Source: an uncultured Opitutales bacterium | GTDB taxonomy: Bacteria > Verrucomicrobiota > Verrucomicrobiia > Opitutales > JABDGR01 | Length of the DNA stretch: 64,000 bases | Assembly: GCA_964561455.1 (NCBI GenBank) | Contig: CAZLPS010000001.1 | Span: forward strand, 48,977-112,976 | Direction: 5' to 3' | Shown here: positions 27,264 through 37,137 of the stretch, one piece after another | Numbering within the stretch: position 1 is the stretch's first letter | How the letters are laid out: every line of letters begins with the position of its first letter | Made by a program: the position numbers and the translations under genes | Notes under the pieces: model-generated | What the model saw: only the letters and a program-made list of their open reading frames with translations | What the model was told of the DNA's origin: nothing | The model's database searches: none

Positions 27264-28387
27264 AGCCGGCGCTCTTTCTCAGCCTGGGCATTTTTCCAAG
27301 TCCGCAGGCGCGCACCGCCACGGAGGTGCGAGCCGGGCAAAACCTCGCTGCCTTGCGCGCCCTGGGCTATGACGTCACAGTGCTTACGACCCCTGATCCA
27401 CTCGGGCGGCCCGGTCCGGATTTTCCCACCCTTTTTACCCGGCCACTTCCCGTGACAAACTTTGTTGAATTTCATGCGCAATGGCGTTACCGGCGCGAAG
27501 TGGGCCGGCTGATAAACCAGAATCTGGCTGGTGGCCAGTCCCTTCTGTTTTGTGAGCACTGGGCCGCCCTCGCCTGCAGTCCCCGGGGGGCGCGAATAAT
27601 ATACTCCATGCACGATTTTGAATCGAAATTGGTGCCGGCGCGGCGCTTGCGGAAGGGTGCGCCCGTCACGTTTAAGACCCGTGCTTATTGGCGGCTGGCT
27701 CGCTGCCTCGAGCTTCGGCTGGTCAACAAGGCCCGCAAAGTCATTGCCGTTTCTGCCACCGAGGCCGACGAGGCCGCGCGCGTCTGGCGGGTACCCGCTG
27801 TGTACATCCCAACCGTGTCGGTGGCCATGGAAAAACCCGTGCGGGATTTCCTCGATGGCGCGGTGCGGTGTTGGTTTTATGGCAGCTCGAGTGCAACTTC
27901 GAATAAGATCGTTCTCGACCATCTTGCCGATGGCTGTTTTGCCGCACTCAAAGCCGCCATGCCGAATGCCGAGTTTCACCAAGCCGGTTCCTTTGAACAT
28001 TATGACCCGGGTAAAATCGCCTGGCTCAAGGAGCATTTCACCGTGCACGGCTTTGTGGAGGACCCGGCGCAATTCTTCTGCCGCGGAGATTTTTGCCTGA
28101 TTCCCTATCAGCAGGACACCGGCTTTCGCACCAAAATCCCCGAAGTATGTGGTTATGGAATGATCGCCGCTGGTTACCCGGCCTCCTTCGCCTGTTGCCC
28201 GGAAATGCGTGATGGCTACAATTGTGTCATCGCGGACTCGCCCACCCAATTGGCGGGCAAGCTGGCGCAAGTGGCCGCAGACCCGGCTTGGCGTCGGCGT
28301 CTCTCGGAGGGTGCCTTCGCCACCCGGTGCCATGAATTATCCTTTTCCGCGCTCCTCGACCGCTACCGCCAGGCCCTGGATTTTTGA
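27260..28387 (+). CDS. Glycosyltransferase (GT4-like)
   Basis: VIAVSATEA, HGFVED, LIPY..DTGFRTKIPE. Confidence 0.7.
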   Translation: MKPALFLSLGIFPSPQARTATEVRAGQNLAALRALGYDVTVLTTPDPLGRPGPDFPTLFTRPLPVTNFVEFHAQWRYRREVGRLINQNLAGGQSLLFCEHWAALACSPRGARIIYSMHDFESKLVPARRLRKGAPVTFKTRAYWRLARCLELRLVNKARKVIAVSATEADEAARVWRVPAVYIPTVSVAMEKPVRDFLDGAVRCWFYGSSSATSNKIVLDHLADGCFAALKAAMPNAEFHQAGSFEHYDPGKIAWLKEHFTVHGFVEDPAQFFCRGDFCLIPYQQDTGFRTKIPEVCGYGMIAAGYPASFACCPEMRDGYNCVIADSPTQLAGKLAQVAADPAWRRRLSEGAFATRCHELSFSALLDRYRQALDF

Positions 28388-28390
28388 ACC

Positions 28391-29536
28391 ATGGAACCCG
28401 TTCCCGCCGATCTGATCATCCATACGGACTGTGCCCATTACCGGGGTGCGGCCCCGTGCCTCTTTCACAAACGCGATGGTCGTCCCTGTCCCGGGTGTCC
28501 CGATTACGCACCCTTGGGCGCCAAAATCCTTGTCGTAAAACTTGACGCGATGGGTGATGTATTGCGCACCACGGCCATTTTGCCGGCTTTGCTCCAGCGT
28601 TTTCCGGCCGCGCAGATAACCTGGGTGACGCGCGAACGTTCCCGCGCCCTTTTGGAGGGCAATCCCCAAGTCCACCGGGTCCTCACCGTCGAGGGCAACT
28701 ATTTAGAGTCCCTCACTGCGGAGAAGTTTGATTTGGGCATCGGTCTCGACGCCGATGCGCTTTCCGCCCAGATTTTGACCTTGGCCAAATGCGGAGAAAA
28801 GTTGGGCTTCACCGTCGGCCGTTTTGGCGCGGGTGAACCCGCCAGCCCGGAGGCCAGAACCTGGTGGATGATGGGTGTCAATGACCGTCTCAAGAAAGCC
28901 AACCGGCAATCCTATCAGGCAATAATGTATGAAATATGCCGCTTGGCTGGACCAATTGCGCGCCCGCAGCTGCCCGCAAGATTATTCCGGGAGTCCTGGC
29001 TTGCCCGCCGCCGCACGGAACTGGGCCTCCAGCCCGCAAGCCGGGTCATTGGTTTGAACACCGGCGGCGGTGGCCGTTGGCAGTGCAAAAAGTGGACCGT
29101 GTCGGGTTATGTGGAACTCATTCGCTGGCTGCGCCAACGCGCGCCTGCCGCAGCTTTGCTCCTTTACGGGGGTCCCGAGGAGCTGGATTTTAACGCGGCT
29201 ATCCTCCGGCAATGCGCGTCGGACGTGCGGGATTTGGGCTGCGGGAATTCTGTCGCCGAATTCGTTTCTCTAATCAGTCTGGCCGATGTTTTTTTCACGC
29301 CGGACAGTCTTGGCTTCCATATCGCCGTCGCCATGTCCAAGCGGACGGTGGTGCTGGTGGGGCCCACTTCTCCATGGGAATTGGATGTTTATGGCTTGGG
29401 TGAAGTGCTCACTGCGGATAATTCCTGTGCTGCCTGCTACCGCAGCCAGTGCGACCGCCGGCCCACCTGCATGGAAGTGCTCGACCCCGGTATCGTGGCT
29501 GCCGCAATTATGCGCCAGTGGGATCTCATTCAGTAA
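28391..29536 (+). CDS. GT9 (heptosyltransferase-like) glycosyltransferase with Cys-rich termini
   Basis: KLDAMGDVLRTT, GLNTGGG..W..KKW, DSLGFHIA, GPT. Confidence 0.85.
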   Translation: MEPVPADLIIHTDCAHYRGAAPCLFHKRDGRPCPGCPDYAPLGAKILVVKLDAMGDVLRTTAILPALLQRFPAAQITWVTRERSRALLEGNPQVHRVLTVEGNYLESLTAEKFDLGIGLDADALSAQILTLAKCGEKLGFTVGRFGAGEPASPEARTWWMMGVNDRLKKANRQSYQAIMYEICRLAGPIARPQLPARLFRESWLARRRTELGLQPASRVIGLNTGGGGRWQCKKWTVSGYVELIRWLRQRAPAAALLLYGGPEELDFNAAILRQCASDVRDLGCGNSVAEFVSLISLADVFFTPDSLGFHIAVAMSKRTVVLVGPTSPWELDVYGLGEVLTADNSCAACYRSQCDRRPTCMEVLDPGIVAAAIMRQWDLIQ

Positions 29537-29537
29537 A

Positions 29538-31112
29538 ATGTCGCAATTGCGCTCCATCAGTCGGCTGACGAGCCTCAATATCGGCAATGCCTTTATCGGC
29601 ATGGCCAACAGCGTCGCGATGGCGTGGCTTTTCGGCACTTCGGACCGGATGCAATCCTATTTCGCGGCGGCGACCCTGCTGACCATCGTGCAGCGGGTGT
29701 TCTTTGTCGGCCAATTTTCCGAAATGTTTCTCCCTGAATACGTGCAGCGCCGCGAGGTGGACGGCCAGTTGAAGGCCGATCGCTGTTTTTCCGCGCTCTA
29801 CAATCATTTGATTCTTATGCTCATCCTGACCATGGCCGCGGCCTTTGTTGTCATGCCATGGGTCGGTGGAATTATTGCGCCCGGTTTCACCCGGGACGAA
29901 CAGCATCAGGTGGTGCGGTTGGCGCAGGCGTTGATGGTGGTGATGTTGCTGGTGGTGGCGAACGGCCATTTGCAGATCATTGGCAATGCCCGGGGCTGGT
30001 ATGGCCGGTTTGAATTCTACGGTTTGGTCGGTTCGGCAGTGGGCTTCGGCCTCTTGCTAATTACCGGAAGGACGCTGGGCATTTGGGCGCTGGTCGTTTC
30101 GCAAGGCGTGACCCAGGTGGTCTTGCTCTGGGGAAGTTGGCGGTATTTATACCGTCAGGGCTATCGGCACGCGTGGATTTGGAATGAACCCGGTTTCAGC
30201 GTTTGGCGGGTCGTGGGCCGGGTCGGTTTGACGGCGATTTATGTTCTGGCCACGCAGTTTTATGTCGTGGCTTTTAACGCCTCCCTGACCTTTCTGCCAC
30301 CGGGTACCCTGGCTGTTTACAAGTATGCGGAAAATCTCTACTCCCGGGTTGGCACCCTGTTTATGCGCCCCGTTGGTGTGGTGTTTTTTACCGATGCCGC
30401 CCTGCTTGCGCACCGCAATCCCAGCCAGTTGCGGGAACGAATGTCGAACGCTTTGTACCATTATGCCTTGATGTATCTGGGTGTGCTCGTGGTGCTTTTC
30501 CCCGCGCTGCCCAATGTGCTGGGCGTGCTTTGGGGCAGCCCGCGATACCATCTGGCGGAAATTCAGCTGACCACGGTTTTCGCCTGGTTTTTCTTCGGCA
30601 TGTTGATCGTCGAGGGTGGCGGGCTGCTCTATCGCCGTCTCAACGTGATCATGGGCGATATGCGTTTGCATTATGCCCTGATGACCGTGGTGCAGGCGGC
30701 CATGGCGGTCGTTGCCCCCATGATGGTGCGGCACTGGGGCGTGCTCGGCGCGGCTTTGGTTTTGATTGTCAATATTACCTGTCTCGCCCTTGCCGGCTTT
30801 CTCATCATCCTCTGGCGGCGCCCGCAGTATCTGGCCTTCTTTCCCGCGGCCACCTGGAAGCTTGCTGCGACGGCGCTGCCGGCTCTGGGTGTTGCGTGGC
30901 TGATGCGTCATGCGTGGCCGATTTTGAACTATCAGGGTGACTATTCCCTGATGGGGAAGTTCGGGGAATTGGCCTGCGCGGCATTGTTTGCGGGCACTGG
31001 GCTGATCACCGCAGCCGCCGTGGCCTGGATCCTGGGCGTCGAAGAAGCACGCGTGGCTTGGCACAAAATGCGCGGCTGGCGGATCACCCTCCGGGTGTCC
31101 CATCCAGTTTGA
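29538..31112 (+). CDS. MviN/MurJ-type lipid-linked oligosaccharide flippase
   Basis: About 14 TM segments; AWLFGTSDRMQSYFAA, APGF, LPPGTLAVYKYAE. Confidence 0.75.
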   Translation: MSQLRSISRLTSLNIGNAFIGMANSVAMAWLFGTSDRMQSYFAAATLLTIVQRVFFVGQFSEMFLPEYVQRREVDGQLKADRCFSALYNHLILMLILTMAAAFVVMPWVGGIIAPGFTRDEQHQVVRLAQALMVVMLLVVANGHLQIIGNARGWYGRFEFYGLVGSAVGFGLLLITGRTLGIWALVVSQGVTQVVLLWGSWRYLYRQGYRHAWIWNEPGFSVWRVVGRVGLTAIYVLATQFYVVAFNASLTFLPPGTLAVYKYAENLYSRVGTLFMRPVGVVFFTDAALLAHRNPSQLRERMSNALYHYALMYLGVLVVLFPALPNVLGVLWGSPRYHLAEIQLTTVFAWFFFGMLIVEGGGLLYRRLNVIMGDMRLHYALMTVVQAAMAVVAPMMVRHWGVLGAALVLIVNITCLALAGFLIILWRRPQYLAFFPAATWKLAATALPALGVAWLMRHAWPILNYQGDYSLMGKFGELACAALFAGTGLITAAAVAWILGVEEARVAWHKMRGWRITLRVSHPV

Positions 31113-31131
31113 AGTTAGACCCCTCTGGACT

Positions 31132-32283
31132 ATGGACCTTTCGCGGAAAGTGGTTTTTGTCACCCCCGTCTTTGACCGCAATGACACCGGACCGGCCACC
31201 TTTGCCCATTATCTTTGGGATGCGTTCCGAAATCATTCGCAGATTGAGTTTCACCTCGTCGCGCCGGAGTTTTCCAGCGCTCATCCCCGGTGTCACGCCT
31301 CGGGCCCGGGCACCGGGTCGTTGGATTTGTACCAGCGCCTCGCCCGCGCAGGTTTGACCCTCGCCCGCCGCCTCGGCGGCGCCTCCGGGAACATCCTGAT
31401 CCATGTGAACAACTCCAATCTCCATTCTTCGTTGCTTGCCTATGACGGACCGCTGTGGGGCCAGGTCAATGACTACGAGAACGCCGATTGGTGGCGCCGC
31501 GCCGGGGAAACCATTCGTCGTGCCGGCTGGCGGAGATTCCTGGCCTTGGGTCGGCGGAGGTGGCTCGAGCGGCGTTTCCTTGCCCGCCAGGATTTGTCCC
31601 TTTGCAATTCCCAGTTTACCCGTCAAAAAATTCTCACCGAATACCATCCCGAGCATCCACACAAGGTTATCACCCTGCTCAAAGCCGTGGAGCTTGGATT
31701 CTTTCAACGTCCTCCTTCCTTGCCCGCGGATCCGCTGGGCCGGTCGGATTCCGCGCGCCGGTTGGTGTTTGTCGGCCGGGATATCCACCGCAAAGGGCTC
31801 GACACGCTGTTGCAGGCGTTCGCTTTGCTTCCGGCGGGGCCTGATTGGCGCCTTGCCGTCGTCGGTGTGGAGCGCGGGGAAGTCTTGGAAGCCTTTCCCG
31901 ATTTGCCCTTGGCGGAATTCGGCGAAAAAGTTCAATTTACGGGCCTGCTGGACAAGGAAACCCTCCGTCGTGTTTTGTGGCGGTCGGACCTGTTGGTCTT
32001 GCCTTCGCGCGCCGAGGCGTTGGGCGTGGGTTTGCTGGAGGCGCTCGCTGCCGGTCTGCCGGTGGTCGCGGCCAACGTGGGTGGCATTCCGGAAATTGTC
32101 AGTGACCCGGCGGCCGGCACCCTGGTTCCCCCCAGTGAACCCGCCGCTTTGGCCCGGGCCCTTGCAGAGGCGCGCCTCCGGCCCGATGGGGTGCAACCGC
32201 CCGCGGTGCAAAAAATACTCGCGGAATATTCCACCCAGTCCATGATTAGCCGGTTGCTCGAACTTTATCTCCATCACGCTTGA
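31132..32283 (+). CDS. GT4 glycosyltransferase
   Basis: FVGRDIHRKG, VLPSRAEALGVGLLEALAAGLPVV..VGGIPE. Confidence 0.88.
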   Translation: MDLSRKVVFVTPVFDRNDTGPATFAHYLWDAFRNHSQIEFHLVAPEFSSAHPRCHASGPGTGSLDLYQRLARAGLTLARRLGGASGNILIHVNNSNLHSSLLAYDGPLWGQVNDYENADWWRRAGETIRRAGWRRFLALGRRRWLERRFLARQDLSLCNSQFTRQKILTEYHPEHPHKVITLLKAVELGFFQRPPSLPADPLGRSDSARRLVFVGRDIHRKGLDTLLQAFALLPAGPDWRLAVVGVERGEVLEAFPDLPLAEFGEKVQFTGLLDKETLRRVLWRSDLLVLPSRAEALGVGLLEALAAGLPVVAANVGGIPEIVSDPAAGTLVPPSEPAALARALAEARLRPDGVQPPAVQKILAEYSTQSMISRLLELYLHHA

Positions 32284-32312
32284 TAATTTGCCGCTCTCGC
32301 GGCCACGGCATT

Positions 32313-33404
32313 ATGCTTTCCATTATCGTTCCAACCTATCACGAAGCCGAAAACATTGGACCATTGGTGTCCCGGATTGAGGCGGCGCTACGGGAGCAGG
32401 GCGCCCACGAAATCGTTTTTGTCGACGACAACAGCCAGGATGGAAGCGAGGAAAAAGTTCGGGAATTGCAGAGCCAGGGTGTTCCCGCACGGATGATTGT
32501 CCGCCGCGACGAACGGGGACTGAGCACCGCCATCCTGCGCGGTTTTCGCGAGGCCCGGGGCGATTTGCTCCTGTGTATGGATGCCGATATGAGCCACCCC
32601 CCCGAGGCCATTCCGGGCATGCTCGAAACGCTCCGGCGGGAAAAGGCGGACCTGGTCGTCGGCAGCCGGTATGTGCGGGGTGGTAGCATCGAGCAGGGCT
32701 GGGGTTTTTACCGTTGGCTGAACAGCCAGGTGGCGCTCTGGCTCGCCCGTCCCCTCAGCAGTTTGCGTGACTCCGGCGCCGGTTTTTTCCTGTTGCCCAA
32801 GCACATTTTTGCCCAGGCCACGGATTTGAATCCCATCGGTTACAAAATGCTCCTCGAAGTCAGCGTCAAATGCCATTGCCGCAAAGTTGTCGAGGTGCCG
32901 ATTCAATTTGCCGATCGCAAATTCGGTCAGAGCAAACTTACCTTCCGCGAACAGATGCTTTACCTGCTGCATCTCAAGCGCCTCTATGATTATCGTTTTG
33001 GCCGGGCCTCCCGCATGGTGCAGTTTTGTTTAATTGGGGTCACCGGCGTCGTGGTCAATTTTTTGGCCCTGGCCGCCTTGCAAAGAGCCGGCCTGCCTTT
33101 TGCCTGGGCGGATGCTCTGGCCATTTGGCTCGCCATGACCTGGAATTTTTGGCCCAACCGGTGGCTGACTTTTGACCTGACGGCGCACCATCCGGTCTGG
33201 CCCCAATACCTGCGGTTTGTGGTTTCCTGTTTGGTCGGCGCGCTGGTGAACTGGCTCGTGGCCGTGGGCCTGACTCGGGAGATGGCCTGGTTTGGTTACC
33301 ACACCTTTGGCGCCGCGCTGGCCGGAATTCTCGCTGGAACCGGATTTAACTTTTTCTTGTCCTGTCATTGGGCCTTCTCCGCCACCCCTGCGGTGGAAGA
33401 TTGA
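32313..33404 (+). CDS. GT2 polyprenol-phosphate glycosyltransferase (Dpm1-like) fused to a GtrA domain
   Basis: IVPTYHEAEN, VDDNSQDGS, CMDADMSHPP, GSRY, GQSKL; C-terminal 4-TM GtrA-like region. Confidence 0.88.
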   Translation: MLSIIVPTYHEAENIGPLVSRIEAALREQGAHEIVFVDDNSQDGSEEKVRELQSQGVPARMIVRRDERGLSTAILRGFREARGDLLLCMDADMSHPPEAIPGMLETLRREKADLVVGSRYVRGGSIEQGWGFYRWLNSQVALWLARPLSSLRDSGAGFFLLPKHIFAQATDLNPIGYKMLLEVSVKCHCRKVVEVPIQFADRKFGQSKLTFREQMLYLLHLKRLYDYRFGRASRMVQFCLIGVTGVVVNFLALAALQRAGLPFAWADALAIWLAMTWNFWPNRWLTFDLTAHHPVWPQYLRFVVSCLVGALVNWLVAVGLTREMAWFGYHTFGAALAGILAGTGFNFFLSCHWAFSATPAVED

Positions 33405-33462
33405 GATTGTCTTAACCCGGTGACTTCCCATAATTATCCAGTCCGCCACCACGTCTTAGTAC

Positions 33463-34803
33463 ATGTCCCTCTTCCCAGGTAGTTCAAGTTCCACCCGGCA
33501 CAGCAAGACTGACCGTTGGATTGTCAATTACATGACGATGGCGGCCGGGCTTTTTGCTTTTTCCTATTTGGTCGCTTATGTTTGGAACTCCGACAATGGC
33601 ACGCGCGGCGCCACCGCCACCCTCGCTTTGCTGGCCGGCGTGAAGGCCATTATGTCGCCGACGGCCCATGGGGTGTTGCGGGGTCGGGCGATGGTGTTTC
33701 TCTCCCTGATGTTTTGCGTCGCCTTGTTAAATATCGTCGTATCCGCCGACTTGGTGCAGACCTCTTTGCGCTGGCTGCTTTGGTTCGGGATGGTGATCTG
33801 CTTTTCCCGGATCGTCGGCGCCAGCGACGGCAGTTGGATGGATGCCCTGCCCCAGCGCTTGCCGTTTCTGTTCACCGTAATTTATGTGACCATTATCGTC
33901 GAAGCCCGGTTTAATGCCAATCCCACCAATGTGGCTTTCGCCTATCACCTTTCCGGGTTGTACGGCAATTTAATTCTCGCCTGCGGGCTATTCGCCGCCA
34001 AATTTTGGCAGCGAAGCGTTTGGGTGATCGTCGGCTTGGTCGCCATTTTCGGCTCCGGTGCCGGTGGGGCCTTGTTTACGATCCCCATTATGTTTGTGCC
34101 CTACATTCTTTATAGCGCCAGCAGCATGCCGGTGAAGGGTATCGCCGTCGCTGGCCTCCTCATGGCGGGCGCCACTTTCTTCCTGGAATCGCAATTGTTC
34201 AGCCAGTTTCTCAACATTAAGCTTAATGTTTCGGCAACCAATAGCTACTCCGGCCTCGAACGGCTGGAGCGATCAAAGGAAATGCGATTGCAGTTGGTGC
34301 AGTACGGATTGGCCTTGGCGCAAAAAAATCCCCTCGGCACCGGGTTGGGCCACACCTACAGTGATTCCATTTCGCATGACATGGGTGTGTCCCACGTCCA
34401 CAATGGCACTGTCACCATGCTGATTGAATTGGGCTTTCCCGGTTTCGCCGTCGCCATTTCCATGCTTTTGTGGATTTTTTGGACCATTCTGCGCAGCCGT
34501 TTGATTAAGAACCAGGTCAAGGGTTTCTATTTCACCTATTTCTTCACCATCTTTGGCCGGTCACTGTCCGAAAATTACACTCCGTTTGACCTCGGTAATT
34601 ATTTCAATTTCGTCTTCTTGATCATGACCGCGTACTTTTTCCTCTATGATCGTTCGGCCCGGTTTACTCCGGGCTCAAGCCCGCGTCCCGCGGTCCCTCC
34701 AGGCAGGATGGGGCCGCCCCGCCCGGGTAATTTCCCGCCGCGTCCGTGGCCCCCGCCGGGCGTCCGCCCGCCGCCGCGCCGGCCCATGGCCTTCCCTGGG
34801 TGA
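33463..34803 (+). CDS. O-antigen polymerase (Wzy)/ligase-like membrane protein with Pro/Arg-rich tail
   Basis: Multi-TM; NPLGTGLG, HVHNG...LIELG. Confidence 0.72.
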   Translation: MSLFPGSSSSTRHSKTDRWIVNYMTMAAGLFAFSYLVAYVWNSDNGTRGATATLALLAGVKAIMSPTAHGVLRGRAMVFLSLMFCVALLNIVVSADLVQTSLRWLLWFGMVICFSRIVGASDGSWMDALPQRLPFLFTVIYVTIIVEARFNANPTNVAFAYHLSGLYGNLILACGLFAAKFWQRSVWVIVGLVAIFGSGAGGALFTIPIMFVPYILYSASSMPVKGIAVAGLLMAGATFFLESQLFSQFLNIKLNVSATNSYSGLERLERSKEMRLQLVQYGLALAQKNPLGTGLGHTYSDSISHDMGVSHVHNGTVTMLIELGFPGFAVAISMLLWIFWTILRSRLIKNQVKGFYFTYFFTIFGRSLSENYTPFDLGNYFNFVFLIMTAYFFLYDRSARFTPGSSPRPAVPPGRMGPPRPGNFPPRPWPPPGVRPPPRRPMAFPG

Positions 34804-34880
34804 AGATATGTTCGCCTGCATTGCCGGCTCCGGGCCTGCTTTGCTGATTTTTGTTTCGGTCGATTTTTGGTCGCATGCAG

Positions 34881-35939
34881 ATGAGTTCCGCGTCCGCCGC
34901 CCCACGCCGTTGCCTGTTGTACCTGTCCATCAGTGACGGACTGGATGCACGGACCAACAAAGAGGTGACGACCCTTAGTCGGTCGTTTGTCGTTGATTTT
35001 GTCGGGGTCTCCAATGGGGGTGCCGCTCCTTTTTTTTCCGCTCACGCGCGCCGCGTGGAGGTCATTCAAGGCCGCAGCCGCTCGCCGTGGACCCTGGCGA
35101 AATTATGGTGGCGGGTTTTATCCCTCCGCTGGCATAATCGCTACGATTCCGTCCACGTGATTAATGAGGATCTCTACTTGGTGTTGCTGCCTTTGCTCCT
35201 GGGCCAGCATGTCGTGTTGGATGTGTTTGATTCGTCATTTTTGAAATGGCGCGTGCCGGGTTGGGTCGTATGGCTTGGCCGGCGCATCTGCTATTGCCTG
35301 CCCGCTAAAATCCTTGTCACGGACGACGAGCGCGCGGGCCTAATGCCGCACTTTGTCCGCCCCAAACTGCTGGTGGTGCCCAACTATCCCTTCCGGTATG
35401 ATGGACCGGTGCGCCCGCGCGACCCGGCTGTGGTGCGTATACTTTACGCCGGATCGTTGGTGGCCCGCCGGGGCACCGCTTTTCTTGAGCAATTGCTGGC
35501 TGTTGCCGGAGACGTGCGCGTGGTCATGGCCGGTTGGATTCGGGATGAGCCGACGCGTGCGCTGTCGCAACATCCGCGGGTCGAATGGCTGGGATTGCTG
35601 CCCCAGCGGGAAACCATTGAGCAGGCAACGCGGTGTGATTTTATTCTTTGCCATTACGAGCCGAACAATTTGAACAATATTTACGCCAGCCCCAATAAGA
35701 TTTATGACGCCATTCAGGCGAATTGTGGCATCATCATCAATCCCGAGGCGCGTATTTCCCGTTTTGTCCGCGAACATGGGCTCGGTGTCGTGTTGGATGC
35801 GTTTGCGCCTGCAGATCTGGCGGTCGTGGCGCAGTCCTTGCGCGCGTTTAAGCTGGCCCACCGACCGGACCCCGGCCTGCGCGAGCAATTCTTGTGGGAG
35901 AAGGTTGAAGGTCTTCTATTGTCAGCCCATGGATCCTGA
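34881..35939 (+). CDS. Glycosyltransferase (GT4-like)
   Basis: VVPNYP, YAGSL...RG, SPNKIYDAI. Confidence 0.75.
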   Translation: MSSASAAPRRCLLYLSISDGLDARTNKEVTTLSRSFVVDFVGVSNGGAAPFFSAHARRVEVIQGRSRSPWTLAKLWWRVLSLRWHNRYDSVHVINEDLYLVLLPLLLGQHVVLDVFDSSFLKWRVPGWVVWLGRRICYCLPAKILVTDDERAGLMPHFVRPKLLVVPNYPFRYDGPVRPRDPAVVRILYAGSLVARRGTAFLEQLLAVAGDVRVVMAGWIRDEPTRALSQHPRVEWLGLLPQRETIEQATRCDFILCHYEPNNLNNIYASPNKIYDAIQANCGIIINPEARISRFVREHGLGVVLDAFAPADLAVVAQSLRAFKLAHRPDPGLREQFLWEKVEGLLLSAHGS

Positions 35940-35968
35940 CGTGTTTTGTCCCCGCGTGAATCCCCTTC

Positions 35969-37129
35969 ATGTCCAAGCCTAAAATTGTTCTGGTCGCCGG
36001 TACCCGGCCCGAAGTCATCAAGCTCGCTCCCGTCTATTTCGCTTTGCGCGAAAGTCGGTTGCTCGAGCCAGTGCTGCTGTCCTCGGGCCAGCACCGCCAA
36101 ATGATTGACCAGGCTTTTGCGGTTTTTGGTTTAAAGCCTGATCTCGACCTGAATTTGATGCAGCCCGGCCAGACTTTGCCGGATTTGACCGCCCGGGTTG
36201 TCACCGGCATCTCAGCGGCCTTGCGCAATCTGCAGCCCGCCGCCATCCTCGCCCAAGGTGACACCACGACGGTTCTTGGAGCGGCCTTGGCGGCGTTTTA
36301 TGAGCGTGTGCCGCTCGGTCACGTTGAAGCCGGCTTGCGTACCTACGATTTCGACGCGCCGTGGCCGGAGGAAATGAATCGCCGCCTGACCGACCCCATC
36401 GCCCGCTGGTGCTTTGCGCCCACCGGCTGGAGCGCCGCCAATTTGCGGGCGGAACGCATCCCGGACGATCGCATTCACACCACCGGCAACACGGTGGTGG
36501 ACGCGTTGTTTTGGGTGCGCGCCAAGCTCCACCATTCCCCGCTTGCCCCGGCGGAAATCGCCGCGCGCTGCGGCATTCCCACCGAGTTTTCGCAACGCTA
36601 TCTGGCGGCCAATGGCGGGCGATTTGTGCTCATCACCGGGCACCGGCGCGAATCGTTCGGCCAGGGATTTGAGAATATTTGCCGGGCCATCGCCGAGCTG
36701 GCCCGGCGGCATCCGGATGTCGGCCTTCTTTATCCAGTGCATCTCAATCCCAACGTGCAGGAGCCCGTCCATCGCCTGTTGGGCCGGAACCCCCGGGTTG
36801 CCCTAATTCCGCCGGTGGATTACGAAGATTTTATCTGGCTGATGGATCGCTGCCATTTTGTGCTCAGTGATTCCGGCGGTGTTCAGGAAGAGGCGCCCAG
36901 CTTGGGCAAGCCGGTCCTCGTTATGCGCGATACCACGGAACGGCCCGAGGGCGTTGAGGCCGGGACGTGCCGGTTGGTCGGCACCGATCCCGCCCGCATC
37001 TTGGCGGAGTCCGCCATCCTCTTGGACGATGGCGCGGCCCATGCCGCGCGTGCGCGCCTGCAAAATCCCTACGGCGATGGTACGGCCAGTCAGCGCATTC
37101 GCGCCATTTTGGAAGAATCGCTGGCCTGA
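35969..37129 (+). CDS. wecB: UDP-N-acetylglucosamine 2-epimerase (non-hydrolysing)
   Basis: GTRPEVIKLAP, GQHRQM, QGDTTT, HVEAGLRT, PEEMNR, HRRES, DSGGVQEEAP, TERPEG, NPYGDG. Confidence 0.95.
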   Translation: MSKPKIVLVAGTRPEVIKLAPVYFALRESRLLEPVLLSSGQHRQMIDQAFAVFGLKPDLDLNLMQPGQTLPDLTARVVTGISAALRNLQPAAILAQGDTTTVLGAALAAFYERVPLGHVEAGLRTYDFDAPWPEEMNRRLTDPIARWCFAPTGWSAANLRAERIPDDRIHTTGNTVVDALFWVRAKLHHSPLAPAEIAARCGIPTEFSQRYLAANGGRFVLITGHRRESFGQGFENICRAIAELARRHPDVGLLYPVHLNPNVQEPVHRLLGRNPRVALIPPVDYEDFIWLMDRCHFVLSDSGGVQEEAPSLGKPVLVMRDTTERPEGVEAGTCRLVGTDPARILAESAILLDDGAAHAARARLQNPYGDGTASQRIRAILEESLA

Positions 37130-37137
37130 TTAAACCC

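Noticed and set aside
35969-37129. wecB as the NeuC supplying ManNAc to the NeuB homolog
   Set aside because: Motifs are of the non-hydrolysing type and it is adjacent to wecC (UDP-ManNAcA route); an indirect contribution cannot be fully excluded
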